From contig CM059425.1 of NCBI GenBank assembly GCA_030390025.1, forward strand, positions 166,906,001 to 166,970,000: DNA of 64,000 nucleotides. The letters are read 5' to 3'. The position numbers and the translations under genes are program-made. Below, one piece after another: positions 63,809-64,000 of this stretch (position 1 is its first letter; every line of letters starts with the position of its first letter). This DNA is from Squalus acanthias. Lineage: Eukaryota. The notes beneath the pieces were generated by a model, which saw only the letters and a list, made by a program, of their open reading frames with translations, was not told where the DNA came from and searched no databases.

Positions 63809-64000
63809 GACTTCATAGTGACAATGAGGTGCTTGTGCCACAAAGCACTTCCCCTTTAATTAGGACCTCAAAAATTATTTAAATGAGGCTCCCCCACCCC
63901 CCCCAAATGCAATTTGAACATGCCTGAGCAGTGCTCCAGTTGTCAAGTGTCCATCCCAGTGGATGCCGAAGAGCATGCCAAGTTTAAAAAACAATTGCCA

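Larger units (their letters stand above)
60262..64000. mobile_element. Near full-length decayed PIF/Harbinger transposon (runs off window)
   Basis: Starts ggctgtgaaattcgg; convergent transposase (+) and Myb/SANT (-) genes. Confidence 0.9.

Overview
Non-genic-looking, repeat-dense vertebrate genomic DNA, inferred from its repeat content to be cartilaginous fish, probably a shark (HE1-type V-SINE, SacSINE1-type DeuSINEs, shark-type CR1 and L2 LINEs). No intact host gene, rRNA, tRNA or CRISPR array could be supported. Almost all long ORFs are decayed transposon coding sequence or its antisense shadow. Contents: many CR1 fragments, L2 3' ends, a second CR1-group (Zenon/Crack-like) LINE, two RTE fragments, a rearranged Penelope-like element with GIY-YIG endonuclease and two minimal hammerhead ribozymes, a 1.6-kb solo LTR, a Gypsy gag remnant, hAT and Tc1/pogo MITEs, and an unusually large set of PIF/Harbinger elements (transposase and spliced Myb/SANT remnants plus GC-rich MITEs). 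Most notable: (i) two different Harbinger-type elements inserted at the identical trinucleotide of two separate CR1 copies, within a recurring target motif; (ii) an RTE flanked by a ~357-bp direct duplication; (iii) a tripartite inverted Penelope insertion with ribozymes sitting on a Harbinger terminus; (iv) multi-level nesting that orders the insertions; (v) a few weak, unidentified candidate exons. Boundaries of decayed fragments are approximate and family names come from motif recognition, not database searches.
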